A stretch of DNA of 64,000 bases, taken from contig JAKMXF010000155.1 in assembly GCA_024704765.1 (NCBI GenBank), forward strand, positions 640,912-704,911, written 5' to 3'. The notes beneath the pieces are model-generated. The model did no database searches. It was not told where the DNA came from and saw only the letters and a program-made list of their open reading frames with translations. This document shows, in pieces, positions 26,967 to 39,231 of the stretch. This stretch comes from Oopsacas minuta. Its lineage: Eukaryota; Animalia; Porifera. Numbering within the stretch: position 1 is the first letter of the stretch; every line of letters starts with the position of its first letter. Position numbers and translations under genes: made by a program.

Positions 26967-28794
26967 TTTAGTTGTTAATATATATAGTATTACTTTGTTA
27001 AGAATAGTTACATTATACACTCTTACATCACATACTTGCTAAATGTTAGCATAAGCTATTCTAAGGGATATTGAAACTAGTAAAATGCGTCCATATTGCC
27101 TCGAATAACTGCCCCTAGGGCATAGGGTGGCTTGAAATAAATACTCACCCCAGCTAACATTAGAAGTTATGTAGTGTTGTTAACAGAATACTTGTTATTT
27201 ATTGTGAACGACATACTATTATTAGCTGTGAACAGTAACAATTGCAACTTCCGTTGGACAATAACAGCTATTGCCGGGCTGTTTCTATTCCTGTCGTATT
27301 GATGTCGTGATCCCTGTGTAAGCGCAGGAAGTATTTCAGATCATACATATTTACAAATAACTTTTACACAAACGAGCTGAAGAACTAGTTCAACGAACAG
27401 ATTACTATTTGCAGACAGTTTACATGCAAACGGACCGAAATAATAATACATAAAAAGTCCCACTACAACAATTCAACTTGTGCTTTAACATCAGCCCAGA
27501 CTCAGGAGCAACCATGACACTATCTAATCCCGTTCCTATATCGCTACCGTATAGACTCAAAGGTCCCTAAAACATCAAACGCGTTTGCACCTGGATAACA
27601 ACATGAATACTAAGTTGGATCCAGTCATTTGCAGCTAGAAAATGGGTGAATAAACGCATTAATTATGAAGGTTGTGCCATGCCTCCTTTTGTTACTTCTA
27701 GGGTTTCTGAAGCCAGTGCAATAAAATGACAAGCAAGGGAGCCAGTTCTACTTAGGTTAAATATATAAATTTGGGCTATTTCTAAGCAACAAATGAACCC
27801 CTGGTTAAGATATCTTTGAAATGTACTTGATGATTATTTGGCAACATTAATAGTGCATAACACCTATTGTTAGGATAGCTAGATGTGGTCCAAGTGGTAT
27901 TTTTTGGCTAGATGAGGCCAAGACCTACCGTTTTCCTTTTAAAGCTAAGCGATGCGAATTATAGTTTTCGAGATATACGGTATGACCAGGTTTTCGCCTG
28001 TTAGGGAACCAGGCCACACCAGGTTTAAATTGACTGTTCTTAATAGTAATAACTACAAATTACGCAAACTAATAAATTCATAAAAGAATCAATCAACTGA
28101 CGCAAGCGTTGATAACTGCAAGATTGATTATATGTGCATTCCTATGGTAGTTTGTATAGAATTCATCAGCATTATTTCAGTATAGTGTCTAATACAATTT
28201 TCTCCATAGGATTTGGCTTATTTGGGAGATTTTCGTAACTTCGTCAGTTTCCATCCGATTTTTGAGTTCGAAAGCTCTATCAGCTTCTCACAACGAGTTC
28301 TTCCACGGTGCATATAGCGATTTTTGACTACATTCAAAAAGTTGGGGTGTCGGATTCTATAGTTGTACCAAATATACTTGATATAACATAATTGAATCAT
28401 ATACCACGATAGATAAAAAGCTAATAATTTTCAAATAATCGGAAAAAAGGAGGGTGGGTAATAATATTAGGGTATGATAGAACATGCAAAAAAATCTGGA
28501 TAACTTAAGTATCCTTGGACATAGAAATTCGATTAATACACCATTCAATAGCAAATATGCGACTTACTATTACCAAATAACATATATAAAGGGTCAAATC
28601 AAATGAATTTGAAAATTCGGACAATATACAATCAATTTTGCGAAAGTGACACAGAAAAATGTAAAACCGTAAGGGTCTAACCGAAATATTTTTCAAATTT
28701 AAGTCTCGCATTTTCCTAGAAAATGGCAAAAGCAACTTTTCCCTTAGGTGGAAGTTGAACCGACGATTAATACTTTTCTCGATCCGGCCTAATG

Positions 28795-29020
28795 TAGAAT
28801 GTCATTCAAACTACATTATTTATACTCGCACTTGGGCTTCTTCAGTCTAAATTTGGGAGATGTGAGCGAAGAACAAGACGAACCTTTCCACCAAGACATG
28901 TTAGTCATGAAGAAGACGTATTAGGGAAAGTGGGACGAACGTATGATGGGAGACTATTTGTGGTGATTGAAGCGCGATGCTCCGAATGTACACAAAATAA
29001 AATGTTAAAAACAACATTTT
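28795..29020 (+). pseudogene. hATx-like transposase C-terminal fragment
   Basis: Translates RMSFKLHYLYSHLGFFSLNLGDVSEEQDEPFHQDMLVMKKTY*GKWDERMMGDYLW*LKRD, resembling the remembered MSLKxHFLxSHLDFF..NLGxVSxExGERFHQD..RYQGxW...MADYCW motif. Confidence 0.65.
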
Positions 29021-30277
29021 TAACTTATACGTCACTTATTACGGTATAAAGTATAATATTGATTATAATACTGTAAATGTCAAATATTTAAGGAACGCAT
29101 TCGTATTTAGAAGATTCACGAGCATTTGTTTAGGGGATGAAATATGATATAATATGTATTTTGGATTAATTGGAGAAGTTTAGATTCTGATCTAACCTAC
29201 GATGGAAAAAAACAAATATTGCTACTTTTGCCATCCACGCACCTTAAAGCAGTGGGGAAAAAACTCAAATTTAGATGAAGAAAATTTCATAAAAATTTGT
29301 TGCATTGTGGAATTATACCCTAAGCGGCATTTTTCCATCTCCAAGGAGTGGAATTACGTTTGACATACTGGATGATGCTCGTTTGCGAAGAATATTGACA
29401 CAACTGCACCACTAAGTCCTTTTCTTCCTAATGTACTCATAAAGTTTTGTACAGAATTGAACATTTAGCAATATGAACTGTATTGACATACAAACACTTG
29501 CCACACTTTTTGGGTGTGGGTCTTTGCCAACTAGTTGGTTGAAATATTTCTGGAGATATTGAACTTTCTATGGGGTTTGTTTTCCCTATAAATCCCTTTT
29601 GACCATTAAATATTTTGCATATAAGACAATGGTCAGAATTATGCTGCCTAGTTATCAATGTTAAGGAGATATCATGGAGAATACCATAAGGTTTAGACTT
29701 CATAATTCCAACTTCAAGATTTAAAGAACCGAAATACAAGATTTCCACATTACAGTTGGAAGGAAAGGAAAAATATCTCGAGAATCCGGTGCTTCTTTAC
29801 TTATGGGAATATCATATCACAATTGGATAATTGGTAAATATTTGGTAATATATATCGATTGGTGAGTCAAGATTTGGAGTGAACATATTCGATAAACATT
29901 TTTCACAGCTTGCTGATGAAATATAGACATAACGATTAGTATTAGCCGAATATTGGATAAAGTGGAGTTTCTAACAATATTGTAACATAATATTAGTATA
30001 AATAATATAAAATGAAAAGTTGAAGAAAATTGTTGATATATAATAAGGGCCAAAAATTATTCTGTCCGACATCCACAGTTTATCTACCATATTTCATCAA
30101 CCAACGTCCACAAAGTTTGGAATCTTATGCGTAACCCTAAAACGAACAAGTTGTGGGATAGAAAGTGATTTAAGATGGCATATGCGTAAAAGATGCAGCA
30201 GTGTGTCTGAACAAAAGACTGAGGTGAAACTAGGTAATATACAAAATGATCAATACAATGTATTCGACAAAAGATTG

Positions 30278-33200
30278 GGTACAATTGCAGAATCTTACAC
30301 CCCCCAACTTTTTTAATGTGGTCAAAAATCCCTATATGCACCGTTCAAGAACTCGTTGAGAGAAGTTGATAGAGCTAAAGAAATCCAAAATCGGATTAAA
30401 ATTGACAAAGTTACGAAAAATTTACTCCCTAAGCCAAATTCTATGAGGAAAATTGTATTACTCACTATAGTCAAATTGTATTCATTTATACATTACAATT
30501 ACCATAGGAATGCTCATACTGTTGATATTGCGGTTATACACGCTTGTTACTCTACTCTTTCATGTTCATTTGTTTGCTATTCAGTGTATTTCACTGCAGG
30601 TAATTCTTTTTACTTTAAAGGAAAGCTGGTTATTACATAATTCTGTCTGCAACACTAAATATACAATGCAACATTTCATTTCATATTATGCATGCAACTA
30701 AATTGCATCCTGTATGTGAAGTCGTTCAAACGTACCATACTTGCCAACTGTTCCGTTGGTTGGCGGGACACCACGATTACTCGCCCCGAATATGTGTTGA
30801 CTGCCAATGAGGCTAATGTCCAGCCAAAACTTGACAAAACCCTTAATTGTCCCTCTATTTTGTAGTCCAGTCTAATACAAATATGCTGCATCCGACGATG
30901 TCCCGTTCAATTAGCCCCTTCTGTCCCGCATTTTATTTTCACTCATGTTGGGAAGTATGGGGTTGACTTGCCCTGTAATACCCCGATAATGTTTAGCCAG
31001 TGCAAAGCAAAAGTATCAAGTTTTGGATAGCTAATAAAATATGGGTGGTATTTCTTGCCTGAACCAAATGTGTGGGGTCAAATGTCTATTATAGATAAAC
31101 TTGAGCAAGTGTAATCAGTTTGTAACTGCAACACATTCTCATTATAACGAAGTGTTCTGGACTGGTACGGAACCCGGTTACATTTCGTGATCTGCAGCAT
31201 TAGGATGTATGCGGAGTAAGATCAGTACTTTCAAGCTGGACGGGGTTTGTGAATCACTTTGTTATAGCGTGAGTTTAGCCATATAATTGATGTTAGCTTA
31301 TAACGGAAGTTTACAGTACTGGGCCTTATGAGGTGGTGTACCAGGTTCGGCGGTCGCTCCGAACCAATAATTAACAATTTATATTAATGGTGAGATGTGA
31401 TTAATGCTGCAACAGTAAGTTTGTGGTTCCTGCGTCCCTACAATGTCAGTATTATTAGACAGTCAACTCCCCTTAATTAGGACAAATTTAGGTAATCGAG
31501 TGAAAATTAGTAACTCACTCAAGACGATTTTCTCTTGATTTAGGAAATTGTAATAAGCTACATACTAGGTGCATCGCCTAATTTGGGATTAATATGGCCA
31601 AATCAAATTCTATTTACTAGTTATTGTTATCGGAAGACAATAAAACTATCCGAATAAGAAATTTATTTGATTATGGGATTATTTACATAAATTTTCTTTA
31701 CAACCAACAATCACCTAAAATATGGTAAATATGCTTGAGATTAAACATGAGAAGTGTGGTAAAAATATATGCTTTCAGATTTAATTTCTATTGTATACAT
31801 TTGTTGATGTGTCCATAGTTATACTAGTATCTATTACATACAAAATTTAGTATAATTGGAATGCTGTTTGTCTGGTTACTGAGTTGAACAAAAGATGGTT
31901 TAGTAAAGTGGCATACAAACCACATGTAAATATTACCTATAATTAAAGAATACATTCCAAACGATCATACAATGTATTTCGATCGATCTTAAGTCAAGTA
32001 TAAAAGGAATATCAGGGAAATAGAACTAACAAATCCTAATTATTCGAGTTGTGATATTTCTATTATAAAACCCTTAATGGCAGTTGCTCCATCGTTTCAA
32101 CCTCTGCTGGTTCCTACAATATTTCCAGTTATTGAAGAAATGACCTTAAAACAACTTTTTCGTAATATCACTATTGATGAAGATACTTGTATAGCATGGC
32201 TCAAAAGTAACGGACTTTTAGCTACCGGGATGATGTGCAAATGCGGTAGAATTATGAGACCCGGAACATTTTCAGGTATTGCAGATGGAAAGGAGTGGAG
32301 GTGCCCGGAAAAGTCATGCAAGAAATTCGCTTCGATGAGGATTGGCTCATTCTTTGAAGGTGCTCATATACCGTTAACTGAGTTGGTAGAATTTCTCTAT
32401 TTCTGGCCCGATAATATGCAAACTACTGCCTTTTTACACAAGAATCTGGGGTGGGGAGAGCATACTATAACAGACTGGAAGAACTTCCTCAGAGACCTAT
32501 GTGTTGAGGAATTTTTAGTCAATCCTCAACCAATTGGAGGGCCTGGGCATGTTGTCGAAATTGGTGAATCAAAGTTTGGACATCGAAAGTATTCAAGAGG
32601 TCTTATGCTATCAGGTCAATGGGTATTTGGAGGGATAGATAAGGAAACAAAAGACACCTTTATGATACCTGTTCACGACAGGTCGGCAGCAACATTAATC
32701 CCTCTAATTCAGAGATATATTCTTCCTGGTACTACCATACTTTATGACGAATGGGAATCGTATAATTCTATCCCCGCTGCAAGTTTTCAGAATCTCACCT
32801 TCAACCATAGTCTCAATTTTGTTGACCCTACTACAGGTGTACATACGCAAACAGTTGAGAGCACATGGGCTGGTGCGAAGAAACGGCTGAGGAATTGCAT
32901 GACTACTAATCCCATACTTCTAGATACTCACTTATCTGAAGTTTGTTGGTAGAAGAAACATGGAGAAGCTAGTTCCTCCAATTATATCATAGAAATACGG
33001 AAATAATATCCAGTTGTCTAACTGTTGTGATTGTTATCAGTAACCTGTAATTAGTACCATACTTCTGCTTTGGTGTTTCTTTTGTAGCAGTACTTGTTAT
33101 ATTTTAGATTTATAGTTAAAGTAGCATATAGAAAGCTTAATACTAATTAGTTACTCCAAATATAACTACTACCCATAGTAAAATATCCAGCCATGGGGTG

Positions 33201-33923
33201 TCATATATTTAGTATTCTGCCCACTATCATAAGTAGAAACCCATGAAAACTTTGTTCCAACATTGATAACGCACCTGGAGAGAAGCTGGATCAATAATTA
33301 TGCGACTAAATAGTACATGAATTGTTTCTAACATTGATATGAACACAAACGAACGATCAAATTGGTTTGTCTTGGCCGGAGTAATACAAATTGAACTACC
33401 ATTTTAGGAAACAGAATATGTGCAATATATGCGTCATATCGGAAATTCTATTAACTAGGTTCGAATTATCGAAGGGCCACTGTATAAAATGTTGAATGCA
33501 ATGTTGCACTGTATATAATGTTGAATCTAATGTTCCATTGTATACTTAGTGCTGCAGACAGCATTATCTTATCACCAGCTTTTCTTTAAAGTAACAAGAA
33601 TTACGTGCAGTGAAATACACTGAAGAGCAAACAAATCAACATGAAAGAGTAAAGTAACAAGCGTGTCTAACCTCAATATCAACAGTATGCGCATTCCTAT
33701 GGTAGTTGAACTGTATTAATGAATAGAATTTGACTATAGTGAGTAATACAATATTCCCCATAAGATCTGGCCTAGGGAGTAAATTTTCATAACTTTGTCA
33801 ATTTTCATCCGATTTTGGAGTTCTTTAGTTCTCTCAACCTCTCTCAACGAGTTGTTGAACCGTGCATTTAGGGATTTTGACCACATTAAAAGTTTTGGGG
33901 TATGTAAGATTCTGCAATTGGCC
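30278..33923 (+). mobile_element. Second Merlin-superfamily element (~3.65 kb), older, ~410-bp diverged TIRs
   Basis: Left end ggtacaattgcagaatc is homologous to the first Merlin TIR; the inverted counterpart lies at ~33515-33923, with ~29-bp tandem units at 33481-33545. No TSD found. Confidence 0.8.
32077..33021 (+). pseudogene. IS1595-family (Merlin) transposase, near full length, premature stop at 32950
   Basis: Zn-ribbon-like CKCG..WRCPEKSC, VVEIGESKFG (catalytic D changed to G), QWVFGG, TTILYDEWESY, NHSLNFVD, HTQTVESTW. The tail *KKHG...YPVV parallels the first copy. Confidence 0.88.
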
Positions 33924-34841
33924 ATCACTTAGCCTGAAGCCATATGACGCCTATAGAGGTATGAAATGCTAAATCATCGCATTGTGAAAATTTTTGCAAA
34001 GTCCACTTCTTTGTTGAATCAGATTTTTGGGCGCTCTTCACATATCCTTCTCCTTGAGGTTTCAGAATATTTTGTCATTAATAGAAACTATGAGATCTTT
34101 ACTACGTAGATATAAAGATTTCCTGATATTTAATTCCTCTTGCATTTCTACTATCATTTCGTACTATAAGAGAGCAATAACAAAATCCGAAGTGATATTT
34201 TATATACATATATTGTAAATCAACTCATTTACTAAATATTCTTTATGTTTCAGGCAAAATGTGATTAGGAGATTATTTTCAGGCAAATCATGATAGCGCT
34301 AAACATGTATTTTCTGGCTTGTAACACCAAATTTATGAATAATAGCGAAATTTTCTTCCTTTTGTCTCGTTTGAGAGCTTATTTGATATTCAATTTGAAT
34401 TCTACAATATGGATTCTTCCTAAAACGTTCATTTTGTAACTGAAACACCTTATAGCTGAAAGAATATTGGCGTTATTGCTGGATTGACAGACGAGGGCCC
34501 ATTTGCAAATTAAGAAAAGGAGCTGACATTTTCAGGTTAATCATATTTCATATAGATGTTTGAATCTACAAATTAATGAATAAATCGGGGATGGATATAC
34601 CTTTACTAGGAGTAGGTGAAATGAGATGGAATGCCTCTATTTACTTGTCCAGCCTTTAATCTTGGTAAAAGTCAAAGACTGTATTCTAATTATAGGAGTC
34701 TTGGCCAACTTTCCGTACGCCTAAAGAAAATAATATCAACATTTCGCCTGTTGGCTCGTCATATACGCCTGAATAATTTCTTGAGAGATTGAGAAACTTG
34801 CGTATATATTTTCGTTATATTTGTTTTTCCTTATTAAATAG

Positions 34842-35156
34842 ATGCCAAGTCGTTCCGATGTCAAGGTTAGAACCTTTGAGACTGATTTGCAGTTTCAAAT
34901 AGATTCTAAAGTTCGTGGTTCTCATCTTTTTGATCTAGTATGTAAAACGTTGGGGATTTTTGAAGTATGGTATTTTGGCTTATATTTCTTTGATTCCAAA
35001 GGTCTTCTTACCTGGTTGTTGTTTGATAAACTAGTTCTTGAACAAGGTATTTCCAAATCCCCTCTACTTCAATTGTTTTTTGGTGTGAAATATTATCCAG
35101 AAGATGTCGCCGAAGAATTAATTCAAGAAACTACCCAACATTATTTTTATCTAGAG
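34842..35156 (+). CDS. NF2: Merlin/ERM-family FERM protein, coding exon A (F1 lobe, 105 aa)
   Basis: LFDLVCKTLG..EVWYFGL and KYYPEDVAEELIQETTQHYFYLE; donor GAG|GTATAT at 35156/35157, phase 0. NF2 versus ERM orthology is not certain. Confidence 0.88.
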
Positions 35157-37506
35157 GTATATAGTTTGTCTATTATATATCTTCGATTTATTATCCGCTT
35201 ATCCGTCTTCTTTGCATCTCTGGGATTGAATTTCGATATTAGTCTATAATTCCGACTACATTTGTACTTTATTTAGTTACTTAAATTTTGTGAAACGTGA
35301 AAGTGATCAATAATTTCCCCGTATTTCACGTTGCCTTGGATTTTCTTTCACCATTATATAACACAAAATCGCAGTTCAGTTGGCCGCTTTGCTGAAGGCA
35401 CAATTGGATACTTCTTATATATTTTCAAATATTGAGTATGTGCATATAGAACATTAAACGACTATATGTAGTGGCGATATAGGCTAGTACTATGTACATT
35501 TCAATTTGCAATCTTAGTTAGATCTGATACATCAAGACATCTTAGCACAAATCTCGGAGATATTATGAAATGGCTTGGATCTTAGAACTTGTCTTAGATT
35601 TATCACCTTCCACACAACCTCGACCAAGTCTCAAAATGATTCCTACTGTAATTATGTTTCAAACCTAATCTATGATATTACTTAGATTCTAGAATCGAGT
35701 GCGTATAATTCAATGTTATTAATAGTGAATAATTTGAATATATGTATTTCTGTAATTACCGAATATTTTATGCAATTGTGTCCTCCGTTATTTGGTAATG
35801 AAAATTAACCGCCCTTACTTTCAATCTAACGGAGTAAGGTTACAGGCTAACTGCCGAAATCAATATTACTGATTAGTCTTAAGTCTTAACTATAAAAAAT
35901 ATTTAAATTACGATCAATATCTATTAGAAGTTTCTAGCCAAGATTCCACGTTATTAATCGTCAACCCATTCTGTAAAGCTGCTTGAGTAGCTTTAGAGTC
36001 GAGATTAGGCCTTCTACACCCATTTTCGGGGGTATGCAATGGGCTACCTCTACAAGTTGCTTGAGGTTTTGAAATTATTTTTTCGTGGCTTTTAGAACTT
36101 CCCCATCTCACCTTCTAGACTAGATATCATCTGCGGAGAAGCAAACAGAAAATTTTATAATATATAGTTCGGTATTACTCCTAAACCAATTTGGGATTAG
36201 GCGTTGGTAGCAATTAGCTCTGTTTGTGCAGGGAAATGACTACCGATGCTGGCCAGCTGACAAATTTGTACCCCTTTCCAGTTAGGATCTCGTACAGCGT
36301 GAGTTTTCTTCTTTTCCCCGAGGGATGCTCATCGCAATCATCATTCTTTATGCATGATTATTAAGTCCACAGACGAATTCGTTAACATTTTTCTTCAGTT
36401 GAAAAGCCTTGTGCCACTGTCTCAGGGTCTCTTTTGCAGTTGTGATACACATTTTGGTAAGTGTACTGATCGTTAGTTGTGTAGATAGCTTTGTACGCAA
36501 TTATTTCCTTAATCTTTGTACTGTTTGAGGCCTCCTCCTCTTCCTAGATGGCATAGTTTGCCATAAATTAAAATACCTTCTGTAAACAGTCGTCCAAAGG
36601 AATCATATCTTCTTGAATCGATGCAATATTTGGTGATTTTGAGTGAAGAATAGCACTTCCCATGTATAACTATTAAACAATAGTTCGAGGAATTTAGGAA
36701 GATTGCGTTGCGCGATTCAAATTTGATATTTTTGGTTTTCGAAAGAATCAGCCTCTATAATATGTTTGAATGTCCTCCCATTTCTTTAATACTTCTTCCT
36801 TAATTGTCATGTATTGAGAATTCTATCTCACTCCTCCAATTGTAGGCTAGATAGGAAGCTTCCCTCTGTCACTGGTCTGCGTCACGTATTTATTAGTCAT
36901 TAGAGCAGTGGTTTTCTACCTTTTTAAATCCCGGACCCCTAAACTTATTGCGGACACCGCGGAGCCTTACCCTTTCTATCTTCTGAGTAAGGAACTAAAA
37001 GAAGATTTAGTAACGGAGCGCATGCATCACTGACTATAAGTACTGGGAATTTCAATATTTCTGGACCAGGGATATTTGAGAAGTGCATTGTAATTTTTTC
37101 TATTTACAAATAATTGAATAATTTAATGGAATGCTTATTACAGTCATTAAGTTTCACAAATATGATGTGAATCTCACATTCTCCATCTTTAGTATTTTGA
37201 GGTGGTAAAAACATATTAATCACTTAAAATCCTGAAAATTGATCTTTGATTTACCAGTTCAAATGTAGAATAATCCATATATATTTATACAAAATACCAA
37301 AATTTATCATGGTAAGGTTGGCTGTACTTGAGTTACATTCGACACCATGGATGCAGTTGAGTAACTAAGGTTTGGATGGCCCTGGTTCATAATTATGTGC
37401 AGGGCCATCACTTCAAACTCGATTGAAATATTTTCAGTTTTTTCGGATCCTGCATTGGAATTTTTAGAATTGGAAATGGGAAATTTACATTTTACAGCAC
37501 TATTGG

Positions 37507-38562
37507 GAGTGCATGCATTAGCCTAAATTCGTATGCATGTATTAGTCCAAATTTCAGATGCTTGCGTTAGTCCAAATATCAATTTGGTATTAGTTCAAAT
37601 TTTTGGTGATCGAATGCATGTATTCAGGGTGAAGTTTCGTCGCGAAGAAATATTGTCATTACTTTTGTTGTTTTGAATCTAAATACTCTAAGCAGCTCAC
37701 AGCCTGCTCCAGATCCGAATCGAATCCAACACACAGCAGTTATCCAAATTCTCTACTAAATGCTCATCTTCTCAACTCGAGCCAATCTAGCTAGATATTT
37801 CATTAAAATTGCCAATTCTAGCACCTACCAACGTGAGTTCTAAAGGGGCGCATTCACTATTCAGAATTTCGAAGTTGTCATTAGTCAGAACATCCTTAGA
37901 CGTCACAAGGCATAGTATATTAGTCCGACTGTTGTCACAAGTCAGTATCGATTTTCCGACTGTTGTCACAAGTCAGAATCGCTTTTCAAGATTGTTGTCA
38001 CAAGTAAGGATCGATTTTCAGAATGTTGTCACAAGTAGAAAACAAAATATCCAACGGTCCGCCATTTTGCAAATTTTATAATATTCAGTCCAACAAAAGT
38101 CCATCTAAACAGAAAATTATCATGAATACCATATCCCCGCCCCTAGGTAAGTTAATAACCAGTACAAATGAAAACTCCCAGATCCATAAGGTAGTGAACT
38201 AAATTCCTAATCCCCTCCCAATGGTACTGGTTTATATTTACTACAATACAAAGTTTTGCCAGGGCTTCGTTTTGCCACGCGACATCTCGGAAAATAGATT
38301 CTGACTTGTGACAACAGTCTGAAAATCCATTCTGACTTGTGACAACTAAAGATATTCTGACTAATGACAACTTCGAAATTCTGACTATCGCAACTTCCCC
38401 GTTCTAAATACTCTCAGCAACTCACAGCCTGCTCCAGATCTAACTCACGCAAACATCATCAAAAATTTGGACTTATGCTGAATTTGATATTTGGACTAAC
38501 GCAAAAATATCTGAAATTTGGACTAATGCACGCATACGAATTTGGACTAGCGACGCGCTCTC
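37507..38562. mobile_element. Non-autonomous MULE-like element with ~115-bp TIRs
   Basis: GAG(T/A)GC termini, repeated ttagtccaaa motifs, and 9-bp flanks cactattgg/cactattga (8/9). The exact boundary is ambiguous by 1-2 bp. Confidence 0.7.
37845..38400. mobile_element. 556-bp foldback MITE (Merlin-like structure) nested in the MULE-like element
   Basis: GGGG/CCCC termini, perfect 8-bp TSD GTTCTAAA (37837-44 and 38401-08), and arms containing ~30-bp tandem units (gttgtcacaagtcagaatc) in inverted orientation. Confidence 0.82.
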
Positions 38563-39055
38563 CACTATTGAGTTAAATTATAAGGTTTCTAAAAGAAGTT
38601 TCCAAGTTCAGATACCACCTTTTTCACTTGTATGAATAGTTTTCCGACGTATGCAACTCTACCCTTGTCACATAGCCATTAATGTCAAGAACAAGAAGCT
38701 GGTTCTGCTAGCCTTGTGATAATTATCATTAATTAATTAAGATTGAAGTTTATCAGAAGTTCTGCGTATACCAAATTTGTAACAACCTTTGGGGGCCTGG
38801 CTCAATGAACAGCCTAAACCGCCTATTGCTACTCCACTGCATGGAGTCACAATGGGAATTGACTGTACTTAATTGCAAATAGGCCATGTAACCTCAATTT
38901 ATTTGAATGTAGTTTGGTGTCTGTATTAAATTGGTGGTGAATATCAAGTCGAGGCAATGAACATTCGAGTTGAATTGGATGCAGTTTAGCGTGATTTTGG
39001 GCTATTAACATGATATTAATTTTTTGATAATTTATTAATATTAGCAATCCATGGG

Positions 39056-39231
39056 CAGGGGCGGTCCTAGGATTTTGTATACCCTGGACAAGCCCGGAAC
39101 CAATCCTATGAAATTTCTTATTATATTGTGTGAAATGGTGGCCTTAGGATCTGGCAGAACCGGGGTCAGAAATGGGCCATATTTTCGATTCTTGTCAGAT
39201 GCCCCTTTTGCCTCCCCCCGAGACCCCACTG
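39056..39231. mobile_element. hAT-type MITE (176 bp)
   Basis: caggggcggtc...gaccccactg termini; 8-bp flanks tccatggg/cccatagg (6/8). Confidence 0.55.

Larger units (their letters stand above)
23146..28369 (+). mobile_element. Merlin-superfamily (IS1595/IS1016-like) DNA transposon, 5224 bp, ~592-bp TIRs
   Basis: GGTACAAC termini. 23146-23737 and 27779-28369 are inverted copies with ~4 differences seen. Perfect 8-bp TSD AAATATAC (23138-45 and 28370-77); the empty site is visible in hATm copy 2 (~53520-53530, minus strand). Confidence 0.92.
19025..28791 (+). mobile_element. hATm-like element, copy 1 (~3.2 kb core) carrying two nested insertions
   Basis: Termini taggccggatc (19025) and gatccggccta (28791) with ~360-400-bp imperfect TIRs. 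Transposase fragments 20970-23158 (QLPT, FLFDQR, CDRYQISDRA, YFDGRND, ANRLLR, QAVER). Subtracting the Tc1 and Merlin insertions leaves 3198 bp, against 3200 bp for copy 2. The hATm label comes from remembered motifs. Confidence 0.85.

Noticed and set aside
23146-35156. Link between Merlin transposons and the merlin gene
   Set aside because: Name coincidence only; the sequences are unrelated.
35157-35249. C-terminal tail of ORF 34842-35249
   Set aside because: Read-through into the intron; FERM similarity stops at the GT donor at 35157.
37920-38040. ~30-bp repeats resembling a CRISPR array
   Set aside because: Tandem units without unique spacers, mirrored in the other arm of a MITE; no cas genes, and the context is eukaryotic.
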